Part shown: positions 43,733-52,829 of the stretch, one piece after another | How the letters are laid out: each line of letters starts with the position of its first letter | Numbering within the stretch: the stretch's first letter is position 1 | Source: a virus | Virus record (IMG/VR): IMGVR_UViG_3300045988_042432 | Length of the DNA: 64,000 nucleotides | Reading direction: 5' to 3' (one strand) | Made by a program: the position numbers and the translations under genes | Notes under the pieces: generated by a model | Seen by the model: only the letters and a program-made list of their open reading frames with translations | Told to the model about the DNA's origin: nothing | The model's database searches: none

Positions 43733-45121
43733 ATGCAATTAAATCAATCACCTAAAATCAATATTAACTATTGTGCTAAGATTGTGGAAATCCACGATTT
43801 TACACCACACCCAAACCCTAAGTGCGAGCGTCTTAAATGTGCTCATATAGACGGATATACTATTTCGGTTAGTAAAGATACAGAACCTGGAATGTATGTG
43901 TATTTCCCTATAGGATGTGCTATTGACTATTCTTTCTTGTCAGCTAATAACCAGTTCAGACATATTGAGCTGAATGCTGACAAGGAAGCAGCACCTGGGT
44001 ATTTCGAAGATAACGGAAGAGTGAAGATTATTAAGTTGCAGGGCCATGTTTCAGAAGGATTTATTATGTCTATAGAGTCCATTACTAAATGGATAAGCTC
44101 TCTTGGACATACCGAAGCTGTAACTGGAATAGATGCCGGCACTGAATTTGATAGGGTAGGAAACCTGTTTATTTGTAAGAAGTACGTATTAAAGAATAGA
44201 ACTTCTGGCTCCAGCAATAAAACTAGAACTGGTAAACAGCCTAAAGGGTTGAGCAAGTTAGTTGACAATCAGTTTAGATTCCACTACGATACTATTCTTA
44301 TTAAGAAGTGTCCATGGATAATTAAGCCAAACGACATTATTGGTATTACTAGTAAAGTTCATGGCACGTCTGGAATATCAGCAGATGTGTTATGCAAAAG
44401 GCAATTGAAGTGGAAAGACAAGGTGGCTGGCTGGCTTACCTATGTACCTGACACTGCATACGACTATCTGTGGTCCTCTAGAAAGGTTGTAAAGAACCAA
44501 TATTATAATAAGGAAGTTAGTGAGGGTTACTATGGCTGTGATGTGTGGGGAGAAGCTCATAAAGTATTACAGCCATTTTTAACTAAAGGATTAACTCTTT
44601 ATTATGAAATTATAGGCTGGCTTCCTACTGGAGGAGCAATTCAGTCAATGGGAGGTAAAGCTTATGATTATGGTTACGATATGCCGATATGGGACCCTAC
44701 TACTCAAACTACTCCATATAAGTATAATGTGCATTTTGGTATCAGAGTGTACCGTATTACTTATACTAATCCTGACGGAATAGTGTATGAATTTAGTGCT
44801 AGACAAGTGCAACAATGGTGTAAAGATAAGGGCCTCACTCCGGTAACAGAACTGTATTATGGATATGCGAAGGATTTATATCCGGATATATCTGTATCTG
44901 AACACTGGAATGAGAATTTCATACAAAGATTAGCCGAGGACAAGAATTTCTTCATGGAAGAACTATCTCCGGAGTGTCACAATGATGTGCCACATGAAGG
45001 TATAGTAATTCGTATAGAAGACGGTCTGTCTGGGGCATATAAGTTAAAATGTAATAGATTCTTATTTGCAGAATCTAAAGCATTAGATAAAGGTGAAGTT
45101 GATATAGAATCTGACCAATGA
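43733..45121 (+). CDS. RNA ligase (N-terminal OB domain + nucleotidyltransferase; DRB0094/Rnl5-like)
   Basis: Motif I TSKVHGTS (Lys nucleophile), motif IV HEGIVIR, motif V YKLKCNRF. OB-like N-terminus AKIVEIHDF.PHPN..RLK.A.IDGY. Confidence 0.75.
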   Translation: MQLNQSPKININYCAKIVEIHDFTPHPNPKCERLKCAHIDGYTISVSKDTEPGMYVYFPIGCAIDYSFLSANNQFRHIELNADKEAAPGYFEDNGRVKIIKLQGHVSEGFIMSIESITKWISSLGHTEAVTGIDAGTEFDRVGNLFICKKYVLKNRTSGSSNKTRTGKQPKGLSKLVDNQFRFHYDTILIKKCPWIIKPNDIIGITSKVHGTSGISADVLCKRQLKWKDKVAGWLTYVPDTAYDYLWSSRKVVKNQYYNKEVSEGYYGCDVWGEAHKVLQPFLTKGLTLYYEIIGWLPTGGAIQSMGGKAYDYGYDMPIWDPTTQTTPYKYNVHFGIRVYRITYTNPDGIVYEFSARQVQQWCKDKGLTPVTELYYGYAKDLYPDISVSEHWNENFIQRLAEDKNFFMEELSPECHNDVPHEGIVIRIEDGLSGAYKLKCNRFLFAESKALDKGEVDIESDQ

Positions 45122-45492
45122 ACAGGTATATTATAACTTGCATTAATGATTTCGAAACATATAGTGGATATGCTGCATACGCAGAGAGCTTGTTCGATGA
45201 AGACATGAACAATGCAGCTGATGCATATGCTTTCGGAATCGCAGTTGGTATAGTTCCAGATTCGTTTATAGTTACTACAGAAGGTTATGAATATCATAAC
45301 ATGACTGAAGAAGCTATAAGACAGGTAGTTGATAGTATCGAGTGGGAAGATTACTACAACTATAAAATTACTCCTTATGAAGGAACAGATGAAGAATTTG
45401 ATAAACTCATATTAATATATGATGGAAGACTTAGACAAAGAAATTCGGACTCTAGAGTCGATGAAGGAGAAATTGAACCAGTTCAAGGCTGA
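45118..45492 (+). CDS. hypothetical protein
   Basis: 124-aa ORF. Confidence 0.6.
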   Translation: MNRYIITCINDFETYSGYAAYAESLFDEDMNNAADAYAFGIAVGIVPDSFIVTTEGYEYHNMTEEAIRQVVDSIEWEDYYNYKITPYEGTDEEFDKLILIYDGRLRQRNSDSRVDEGEIEPVQG

Positions 45493-45811
45493 GTTCGCTA
45501 AAGAAATATTTAAGAAGGCAGATGAAGGAGCTATCTCTAAGGAGGTAGCTCTTGACCTGCTGACTGTCTATGATTTATTACCAGTAGCTCCTTGGATAGA
45601 ACTTCCTGCTTTCCTGGAAAGCTATGATTACTTTGACAGATATTCAACAATCAAGTATATGGACTACTTAGACATAGCCGATTTCAAGGATGAAGATGGT
45701 AATGTATCACAGTATGCCCAATTTCCTGACCTAACGTGGGATGAAGCTATTAATGAACTATATGAGTTCGTTAAAGAGAAGCAAGTAATCGGTTGTGTGT
45801 ATGACTGGTAA
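45419..45811 (+). CDS. hypothetical protein
   Basis: 130-aa ORF. Start uncertain because it overlaps the upstream gene. Confidence 0.55.
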   Translation: MMEDLDKEIRTLESMKEKLNQFKAEFAKEIFKKADEGAISKEVALDLLTVYDLLPVAPWIELPAFLESYDYFDRYSTIKYMDYLDIADFKDEDGNVSQYAQFPDLTWDEAINELYEFVKEKQVIGCVYDW

Positions 45812-45830
45812 ATTGTTATAATATTAGAGA

Positions 45831-46091
45831 ATGGATAATCTGTCACTATTAGCAAACCTTCCAAACCATGTTAATGGTAAGCATCTAAATGTGTATAGGT
45901 GGTTAGATGGATGTGGTTGGTCTATTGATGTGGATGGGCATCACTTCGAGAATCATAGTTTTAATCTTTTAGTACATGAAGTTTTAGAATACTTTAGTTG
46001 TTACGAACGTAGCAACGAACGTAGTGGCTATAGTCTAAAAGGAAGCAGAGAGAAGATTATTCAGAAAGTTGAATCAGATTATTTTTATTAA
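45831..46091 (+). CDS. hypothetical protein
   Basis: 86-aa ORF. Confidence 0.6.
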   Translation: MDNLSLLANLPNHVNGKHLNVYRWLDGCGWSIDVDGHHFENHSFNLLVHEVLEYFSCYERSNERSGYSLKGSREKIIQKVESDYFY

Positions 46092-46867
46092 TGGAAGATT
46101 TTAAATTTTATGAAGTAGGCGGTAAGATTAGAGATGAACTCCTAGGTCTTACCAATAAGGATGTTGATTATGTTGCTGTGCCCAGTGAGGAGTTACTGCG
46201 TAATATAGAGGAAGCACAATGTTTGGTGGACGGAATCTATCCAAATACTACTAATGCAGTCTTCACTATGTTAGAAAGCCATTTGAGGGAAGAAGGCTTT
46301 GAAATCTTCTTAGTAACTCCAGATTGCTATACTATACGTGCTAAGTTCCCAGAAGGATACAAGTATCAAGGTGTGGCAGACTTCGTAATGGCTAGAAAGG
46401 AAGTAGGATATGTCCCAGGCACTAGAACTCCCATAGTAGAACCAGGTAACTTGTATGATGATTTATCACGCAGAGATTTCACTATTAATGCTATGGCTAA
46501 AGACCCTGATACTGGAGAAATCATTGACTACTTTTATGGTAAGCATGATATAACGAATGCTTTGATAAGAACTCCCCTCGACCCTGTAACAACATTCGAT
46601 GATGACCCTCTTAGGATACTTAGAGCCATTAGGTTTGCGGTTACTAAGAGATTCACTATATGGCAGGAGACTTGGCAAGCTATGGTGTTCTACGATTATG
46701 ATGCTAAGATGTCAGTAGTGTCAGAGGAGAGAATTAGAGAGGAACTGATTAAGTGTTTTAAATGTAACACTATTAGAACCTTAACATACCTTGACTACCT
46801 TCCAAGACTTAGAGATTATATCTTTACTAAAACTAATCTATGGCTTAAGCCAACTAACGAGAAATAA
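46091..46867 (+). CDS. tRNA nucleotidyltransferase (CCA-adding enzyme family), short form
   Basis: Head-domain motifs YEVGGKIRDELLG..NKDVDYV and RRDFTINAMA. At 258 aa it lacks the usual body/tail domains. Confidence 0.75.
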   Translation: MEDFKFYEVGGKIRDELLGLTNKDVDYVAVPSEELLRNIEEAQCLVDGIYPNTTNAVFTMLESHLREEGFEIFLVTPDCYTIRAKFPEGYKYQGVADFVMARKEVGYVPGTRTPIVEPGNLYDDLSRRDFTINAMAKDPDTGEIIDYFYGKHDITNALIRTPLDPVTTFDDDPLRILRAIRFAVTKRFTIWQETWQAMVFYDYDAKMSVVSEERIREELIKCFKCNTIRTLTYLDYLPRLRDYIFTKTNLWLKPTNEK

Positions 46868-47166
46868 TGGAATTTAGACTTGCATCTGTTTATTATGGGC
46901 TTATGAATAAGAACGACGATAAAGCCAAAGAGTGGTTAGACTTAGTATCTGTTCATGCGAGTAAAATGGAGGATAATAAAAATGATTTACTACCTAGAGT
47001 CTATATTGAAGTCGACTCTTTAGAGGAGCTTCAATCCTTAATAGAAGAATTATCCATAGGATATCGTCAACTCTCGAATGATGAGTACAGGTTCGAGATG
47101 CTCGACAGCATTGTAATAGATTTTCAATTCAAAGTTATAACGCTTTATGATTATTATTTAGAATGA
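46867..47166 (+). CDS. hypothetical protein
   Basis: 99-aa ORF. Confidence 0.6.
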   Translation: MEFRLASVYYGLMNKNDDKAKEWLDLVSVHASKMEDNKNDLLPRVYIEVDSLEELQSLIEELSIGYRQLSNDEYRFEMLDSIVIDFQFKVITLYDYYLE

Positions 47167-47561
47167 GCAGTTATTTATCATTTTACTTAGTGCCTAGGGC
47201 ACATCCGGAGGAGAAGTTACTACTTCAATCATTTAGTAGGTCTAATGAGGTATATCAGAGATTCTCTGACAATCTCAATATAGCATATGCTGGTAATGAG
47301 GAGAAGTATACTAAACTCACTATTAGTGATGTTGAATCAGTAATTCAAGACATTGATGCTGACATTACTAAGGCGGAAACAAGACATACAGAATATGAGA
47401 AATTCTGTTATGGTAATCCCGAATCTATAGAGGAGATAATATCCACTAAAGAGTATATACGAGATTTGCAAAGCACAAGAGATTATATATCGTTCATACG
47501 GGACGTTTTAACTGATTTAGATTATAGTGGATTCAGTGATGTCTTATGTAATATTGATTAA
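47163..47561 (+). CDS. hypothetical protein
   Basis: 132-aa ORF. Confidence 0.6.
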   Translation: MSSYLSFYLVPRAHPEEKLLLQSFSRSNEVYQRFSDNLNIAYAGNEEKYTKLTISDVESVIQDIDADITKAETRHTEYEKFCYGNPESIEEIISTKEYIRDLQSTRDYISFIRDVLTDLDYSGFSDVLCNID

Positions 47562-47746
47562 TGGAAACACTTGATATTCCAGAACATATATCTAATAGGA
47601 AGGATTCTACAACTATAACTATTAGAATATGTAGAAGAGAGATATTACAGTTGTTACAAGATGTAATAACTAACAATAACTTATTTCATTTGAAACGTAA
47701 ATGGAACAAACTAATGATAAAGGAGCCCTCTGCCAGCGAAAGCTAA
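47561..47746 (+). CDS. hypothetical small protein
   Basis: 61-aa ORF. Its 3' end overlaps the extended Pnk frame. Confidence 0.4.
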   Translation: METLDIPEHISNRKDSTTITIRICRREILQLLQDVITNNNLFHLKRKWNKLMIKEPSASES

Positions 47747-48654
47747 TTATATGCAGAGGGCTCCAGTGACAGGGGTCGGGAAAATCTACTTGGGCTAAAC
47801 AATGGTGTCACGAAGACCCGGAGCACAGAGTAAGATTTAACAATGATGATATTCGTAACATGTTAGGTGATTACTGGGTTCCTAATAGGGAGAAGCTAGT
47901 TACTGAAGCTAAAGCTAATATGATAACGTTTGCTTTGATTAAAGGTTACGATGTAGTAGTTGATAATATGAATCTGAATCCCAAAGAGGATGAATGGATT
48001 AGAACTCTATGTGCCAATATAGAGAAGGACAAGGGAATACATGTTGATATAGAGTATAAGGACTTTTGGACTCCTGTTGAAGAATGTATTCGCCGTGATG
48101 CTATGAGACCTAATCCTATTGGAGAGAAGGTTATTAGGCAAACTTGGAGACGTTATAAGGACTTCATAATCCATGAAGAAATTATGACAGCCAAAGCTAA
48201 GTCATTAGTTCAAGATACTAACCTACCAGCAGCAATCATTGTAGATATGGATGCAACTGTATGTTTGAATACTAGTGGCCGTCCCTTCTACGGAGAAGGT
48301 GCAGCTGAAGGTATGCTTACTGATGAGCCTATTACTCCTGTCATTGAGCTTATTAGAAACTTCTGTGATAATTATCCTGCTAAGTTAATAATTCTAACTG
48401 GTAGAGAGGATACTCCTGAAGTTCGTAAAGCTACGGAACAGTGGTTAGAGAACAATTGGTTGCATCCTGACATACTTCTCATGCGTCCTGCTAAGAGCTT
48501 TACTGCTGGTCCTATATGTAAGAAGAAACTGTATGAGGACAATATCAAAGGCAAGTTCTATATACCTTTCGTACTTGAAGACAATTGTAAGTGTGTGGAG
48601 ATGTGGAGAAATGAAGGCTTGATTTGTCTACAACCGAATGAGGGTAAGTTCTAA
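47701..48654 (+). CDS. pnk: polynucleotide 5'-kinase/3'-phosphatase (T4 Pnk-like) interrupted by in-frame TGA at 47767-47769
   Basis: The frame opens at ATG 47701 and reads ...KLIICRGLQ-TGA-QGSGKSTWAKQW.... HAD phosphatase DxDxT (IIVDMDATV) lies downstream. The annotatable uninterrupted ORF is 47860-48654. Confidence 0.7.
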
Positions 48655-48830
48655 TGGCAATACTTGTAGGACAACTGATTGAAATTCTCCAAAGGTATGA
48701 CCGAGACAGAGAAGTAACTATACATACTCTTAAAGGAGAAACTGTCGAAGTTAACGGATACTTCGTACAAAGAGATTTAAACGACAATGCATTTTATTTG
48801 ACAGATTTAGATGTAGTTCCAAATGACTGA
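48654..48830 (+). CDS. small hypothetical protein (58 aa)
   Basis: TAATG overlap with the pnk stop. TGA at 48828-48830. Confidence 0.4.
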   Translation: MAILVGQLIEILQRYDRDREVTIHTLKGETVEVNGYFVQRDLNDNAFYLTDLDVVPND

Positions 48831-49137
48831 TTTAGAGAAACGATTTCTAAAGAACACTGATGACACTGGTAGGTTTATATATCAATCATTAGTGACTGGT
48901 AGGAAATACTATGTTGAACCAATTGGAGGACATTCAGATTGGGGAGATATCAATCCCGCTACTAAGAAGGTAGAGGGAGATTATGGTGAGAAGTATAAGG
49001 GCAGTGTAAGTGAGAAGGAATCAATGATTACACCAGAGAATGGATTTGTACTTATTGAAACCTTAGAACCTGGAGTATCACCATTATCAGTAATTGAAGA
49101 AAGGGATAAGCGATATGAACAAATGGCTAAGAAGTAA
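48823..49137 (+). CDS. hypothetical protein
   Basis: 104-aa ORF. Confidence 0.6.
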   Translation: MTDLEKRFLKNTDDTGRFIYQSLVTGRKYYVEPIGGHSDWGDINPATKKVEGDYGEKYKGSVSEKESMITPENGFVLIETLEPGVSPLSVIEERDKRYEQMAKK

Positions 49138-49327
49138 TTTCGATGATTCTACTATACGCAATTTGCTTGCTATGGTAGCACCTTGGATGTTAATAGGAAT
49201 GATAGTTGGGCTTGTAGCTCTGTTTACATGTCCTGTTTTAATGGCAGAATGTTTCTGTTTAGCTCTGTTCTTCATTACCATAGACAGGTATTACGAAATT
49301 AAAGACGAGAAGAATGGTAATAGATAA
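49094..49327 (+). CDS. small membrane protein
   Basis: Two hydrophobic segments (MVAPWMLIGMIVGLVALF, CFCLALFFITI). Confidence 0.55.
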   Translation: MKKGISDMNKWLRSNFDDSTIRNLLAMVAPWMLIGMIVGLVALFTCPVLMAECFCLALFFITIDRYYEIKDEKNGNR

Positions 49328-49937
49328 TTTTGACCAAATACTAGACATTCTGGAATTTAATAATTCAGATGAGTTCTATTTCTTGCAAATTATACAACGC
49401 AAGAAAGACGGCTGTGTTACTGATACTGGTAATAACGGATATAGGACCGTTAAAACTTACTATATATTCAGTAGGGAACAGCTAGAGCGCAAAAGAGCTA
49501 AAATTACTGAATTGTGCCAGAGTAATCATGCAAGAGCATACATTACCTTGAATAGACGTAATGCTGAAGAAGTGGCATGTACTGCTATACAAAAGTATGC
49601 CAAACTAATCCAAGAAGGCAACTGCTATCAAGGATATCGCATTTGGGATTCATCTTGTGGGCATACTAGAGCTAGAGGCTACAAGCCACTATGGGTTGTG
49701 GATGTTGATAGTAAGGACGAGAACTATCTTAACACAATCATAGAAATTGTTAATAGTTGTAGAGGTGCACAAGACATCAAAGTTAAACATGTAATTCCAA
49801 CTGCACATGGTTATCATCTTATAACGATAGGGTTCGATACTAATCAGTTCGCTCAACAGTTAGCTATTAGGAATCTGGATTCTATAGATATACAGAAAGA
49901 TAACCCAACGTTGCTGTATTTCGATACAGCTGATTAA
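49314..49937 (+). CDS. hypothetical protein with possible AEP/PrimPol-like motifs
   Basis: LWVVDVDSKD (DxD) and PTAHGYHLI (sGxH-like) have primase-polymerase-like spacing. Weak. Confidence 0.6.
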   Translation: MVIDNFDQILDILEFNNSDEFYFLQIIQRKKDGCVTDTGNNGYRTVKTYYIFSREQLERKRAKITELCQSNHARAYITLNRRNAEEVACTAIQKYAKLIQEGNCYQGYRIWDSSCGHTRARGYKPLWVVDVDSKDENYLNTIIEIVNSCRGAQDIKVKHVIPTAHGYHLITIGFDTNQFAQQLAIRNLDSIDIQKDNPTLLYFDTAD

Positions 49938-49997
49938 GACTCGGTGACGAGGTCTGTGGACAGATTACTTATTATTAATTCTAACAGCTATTAATTA

Positions 49998-50222
49998 ATG
50001 AGTAATTTACCAGCTGGAGCAGAACGTGACCCATTTGCTCCTTATAATGTAGAAGAGAAAGTCTTCAAAGTTGACATAAATGCTAAGGGATTAGCATGGT
50101 ATGAATATTACGGACATTTGGATATAGATGAAGCCATAGAAGCTATTAAGAGCAGAATACAAGCCGCACTTAGTAGCTTAGGAGATGTTGATATTAGTAC
50201 TGTTGATATTGAGGTTTCATGA
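49998..50222 (+). CDS. hypothetical protein
   Basis: 74-aa ORF with an ATGA overlap to the polymerase gene. Confidence 0.6.
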   Translation: MSNLPAGAERDPFAPYNVEEKVFKVDINAKGLAWYEYYGHLDIDEAIEAIKSRIQAALSSLGDVDISTVDIEVS

Positions 50223-52357
50223 TATATCTAGTCAGTAATCAAAGGTCACTATTTGAAACTGACGCTTATAAGGAATTATCTCTATCTGATGCTATAGACA
50301 TGATTATGCCACATAGTTGGGTAGAATATGATTCAGAAACTGCTGGTTTAGACCCCTATACAAAACCATTACTGTGTACTCAGTATGGTTTAGGGGAAGA
50401 CCAAATAGTTGTTGACAATGTAACTATTCCAATTGAGAAGCTTAAATGTGTCCTTGAAGACCCTACTAAGACTTTCTTAGGTTGGAATATTGCATTTGAT
50501 TTAAGGTTTCTATATCACCATAAAATAGTTCCTTATAATGTATGGGATGGAATGATTGCTGAGAAGTTACTCTATCTTGGCTATCCTCCCCAGTTTCATA
50601 GTCTTTCTTTAAAAGCAGCAGCTGATAACTATCTTGGTATAGATATTGATAAAACTGTTCGAGGGCAGATTATCACTCAAGGATTAACCATACCAGTGGT
50701 ACAATATGCTGCTGGTGATGTTATGTATCTTACTAAGATTAAAGAGAAGCAAGATGCAGAATTAGAGAAGAAGGAATTAACTAAAGCTGCCGAATTTGAA
50801 ATGAAGTTTACCCCAGTAATTGCCTATATGGAATATTGTGGAGCTAAACTTGACCCAGTAAAATGGAAGCAGAAAATGATTCGAGATAAGGAGGAAGTTA
50901 ATAAAGCAGAAGCTAAGCTTAACGAGTGGGTTGAAAATTATTATAATGAACATAAATCTTCTGAAGGCTATATTAAAGCCTGCACAGAGGAAGTGGACAT
51001 TATGCATGAGAATCAACTATTTGACAAAGTAGGCCCTCATATGGGACAAATAAAGAGGGTTTGTAATCCACAAACTGGGCTAATTCATTATGAATATGAC
51101 AAACCTTTCCCATATGTTACCAAGAATCTACAAGGCGATTTGTTCAGTGGATTTGATGCTTCAGCTAAGTGTAACATTAACTGGTCTAGTAGTCAACAAG
51201 TAGTTCCACTATTTGAAATGTTGGGACTTAATTGTACTACCATTGATGCTAAAACTAAGCAGAAGAAGAAATCTGCTGATATTAAGTTGATAAAGCCACA
51301 AGCACATAAGTGTAGTATAGTTCCTCTTTATGTAGAATATAAGAAGGCTAAAATTCTAGTTGATACCTTTGGACAGAAGTTCATAGATAAAATTAATCCA
51401 GTAAGTGGTAGGATTCATCCAGACTATTTTCAATTAGGAGCTGATACTGGGCGGTTATCCGCTACTAACCCGTCTTTAATGAATTTGCCGCATGACCCAT
51501 TTACTAGGTCGTGTTTCATTTCTGATACTGGGTATAAATGGATTAGTTGTGATTATAAAGGACAGGAGTCTTTCTTAATGGCATCTATTGCCAATGATAA
51601 GGCGATGTTGGAAGAGCTTATCTATGGTAGTGGTGACTTACACAGTCTAACTGCCAGAATAGTATTTACAGACATCCCCGATGACACTCCACTATCTGAA
51701 GTTAAAGCTAAATATAAACCTCTTAGAGATGCTGCTAAAGGGTATGAATTTTGTTTTAATTATGGTGGAGATTGGAACACTTTAATGAAGAATTATGGTC
51801 TTACTAAGGCAAGAGCTCAAGAAGTATATAATAACTATATGTCTGGTTTCTCTGGACTAAAGAGATATCAGGAGTTTAGGAGAGAAGATGTCCTTGATAA
51901 GGGATATATCCTTCTTAATCCTATTACTAAGCATAAGGCATTTATATATGACTGGGACAATCTGTGTAAAATCGACGGTGAACTTGGGTCTCCTGAAGCT
52001 AAGTATATGCTAGGGCGTAGTGGGGACAATTATTATAAAACAAGCTCACAGCATTTGAGAAGAAGGTTATCTGATTCCATGAAGCAATCTATTAACTATC
52101 CGATACAACATGCTGGTTCTATGTGTTTCAAGTTGTCTGCAATTAAGTTCTTCAATTGGCTAAGGAAGAACAATCTGCTATTTATAGTTAAATATTGTGT
52201 TCCCGTACATGATGAACATAATGTTGAAGCACCGGATGATATTGCTGAAGAAGTAGGTAATGTACTAGTTAAATGTATGGAAAGTGGAGGCGAACCATTT
52301 TGTGTACGTGCTCATTTAGGTGCTGATATATCAATTGAAGACCATTGGGTACATTAA
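50219..52357 (+). CDS. family A DNA polymerase with 3'-5' exonuclease domain
   Basis: Exo I YDSETAGL. Pol motif A SCDYKGQESF, motif B RDAAKGYEFCFNYG, motif C VPVHDEH. Confidence 0.9.
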   Translation: MIYLVSNQRSLFETDAYKELSLSDAIDMIMPHSWVEYDSETAGLDPYTKPLLCTQYGLGEDQIVVDNVTIPIEKLKCVLEDPTKTFLGWNIAFDLRFLYHHKIVPYNVWDGMIAEKLLYLGYPPQFHSLSLKAAADNYLGIDIDKTVRGQIITQGLTIPVVQYAAGDVMYLTKIKEKQDAELEKKELTKAAEFEMKFTPVIAYMEYCGAKLDPVKWKQKMIRDKEEVNKAEAKLNEWVENYYNEHKSSEGYIKACTEEVDIMHENQLFDKVGPHMGQIKRVCNPQTGLIHYEYDKPFPYVTKNLQGDLFSGFDASAKCNINWSSSQQVVPLFEMLGLNCTTIDAKTKQKKKSADIKLIKPQAHKCSIVPLYVEYKKAKILVDTFGQKFIDKINPVSGRIHPDYFQLGADTGRLSATNPSLMNLPHDPFTRSCFISDTGYKWISCDYKGQESFLMASIANDKAMLEELIYGSGDLHSLTARIVFTDIPDDTPLSEVKAKYKPLRDAAKGYEFCFNYGGDWNTLMKNYGLTKARAQEVYNNYMSGFSGLKRYQEFRREDVLDKGYILLNPITKHKAFIYDWDNLCKIDGELGSPEAKYMLGRSGDNYYKTSSQHLRRRLSDSMKQSINYPIQHAGSMCFKLSAIKFFNWLRKNNLLFIVKYCVPVHDEHNVEAPDDIAEEVGNVLVKCMESGGEPFCVRAHLGADISIEDHWVH

Positions 52358-52358
52358 T

Positions 52359-52829
52359 ATGATTGAAGTTGAAAGAAAGTATTTAGTGAAAAACAATAGC
52401 TATAAGATGCAGGCTCAAAGAGCAGGATTGATAGTCCAGGGTTATCTTGGAGACAATCCTCTCTCTGAAACTAGGATAGCTATTAGGGACAATCATGGTT
52501 GGCTATTTATTAAAGCTAAGGGAACCCTTAGTCGTTTTGAATGGCAACAAGAAATCCCATTGTATGAAGCACAGGAGCTTCTAAAGTTCTGTCCTAATAT
52601 TATCCGTAAGGTACGCTACATAGTATATCACATGGGTAACAAATGGGAAATTGATGAGTTCTTAGGAGAGAATGAAGGGTTAGTAATTGCCGAGTGTGAG
52701 TTATCACAGGCAACTCTCAACCCTCCTCTGCCTGATTTTGTAGGAGAAGAGGTTACAGAAGATACTAAGTATTATAACTATAACCTCGCGTCTAACCCTT
52801 ATATGAACTGGGACGATGACTCTGAATGA
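52359..52829 (+). CDS. CYTH-domain (triphosphate tunnel metalloenzyme) protein
   Basis: N-terminal MIEVERKYLV is the ExExK CYTH signature. About 156 aa. Confidence 0.65.
   Translation: MIEVERKYLVKNNSYKMQAQRAGLIVQGYLGDNPLSETRIAIRDNHGWLFIKAKGTLSRFEWQQEIPLYEAQELLKFCPNIIRKVRYIVYHMGNKWEIDEFLGENEGLVIAECELSQATLNPPLPDFVGEEVTEDTKYYNYNLASNPYMNWDDDSE

Noticed and set aside
47767-47769. Genome-wide TGA reassignment (code 4 or 25) as the explanation for the in-frame TGA in pnk.
   Set aside because: TGA terminates several well-delimited genes here (for example at 10485-10487, 12063-12065, 12905-12907 and 16691-16693). No other conserved gene in the window contains an internal TGA. Inserting any amino acid would still break the Walker A spacing.
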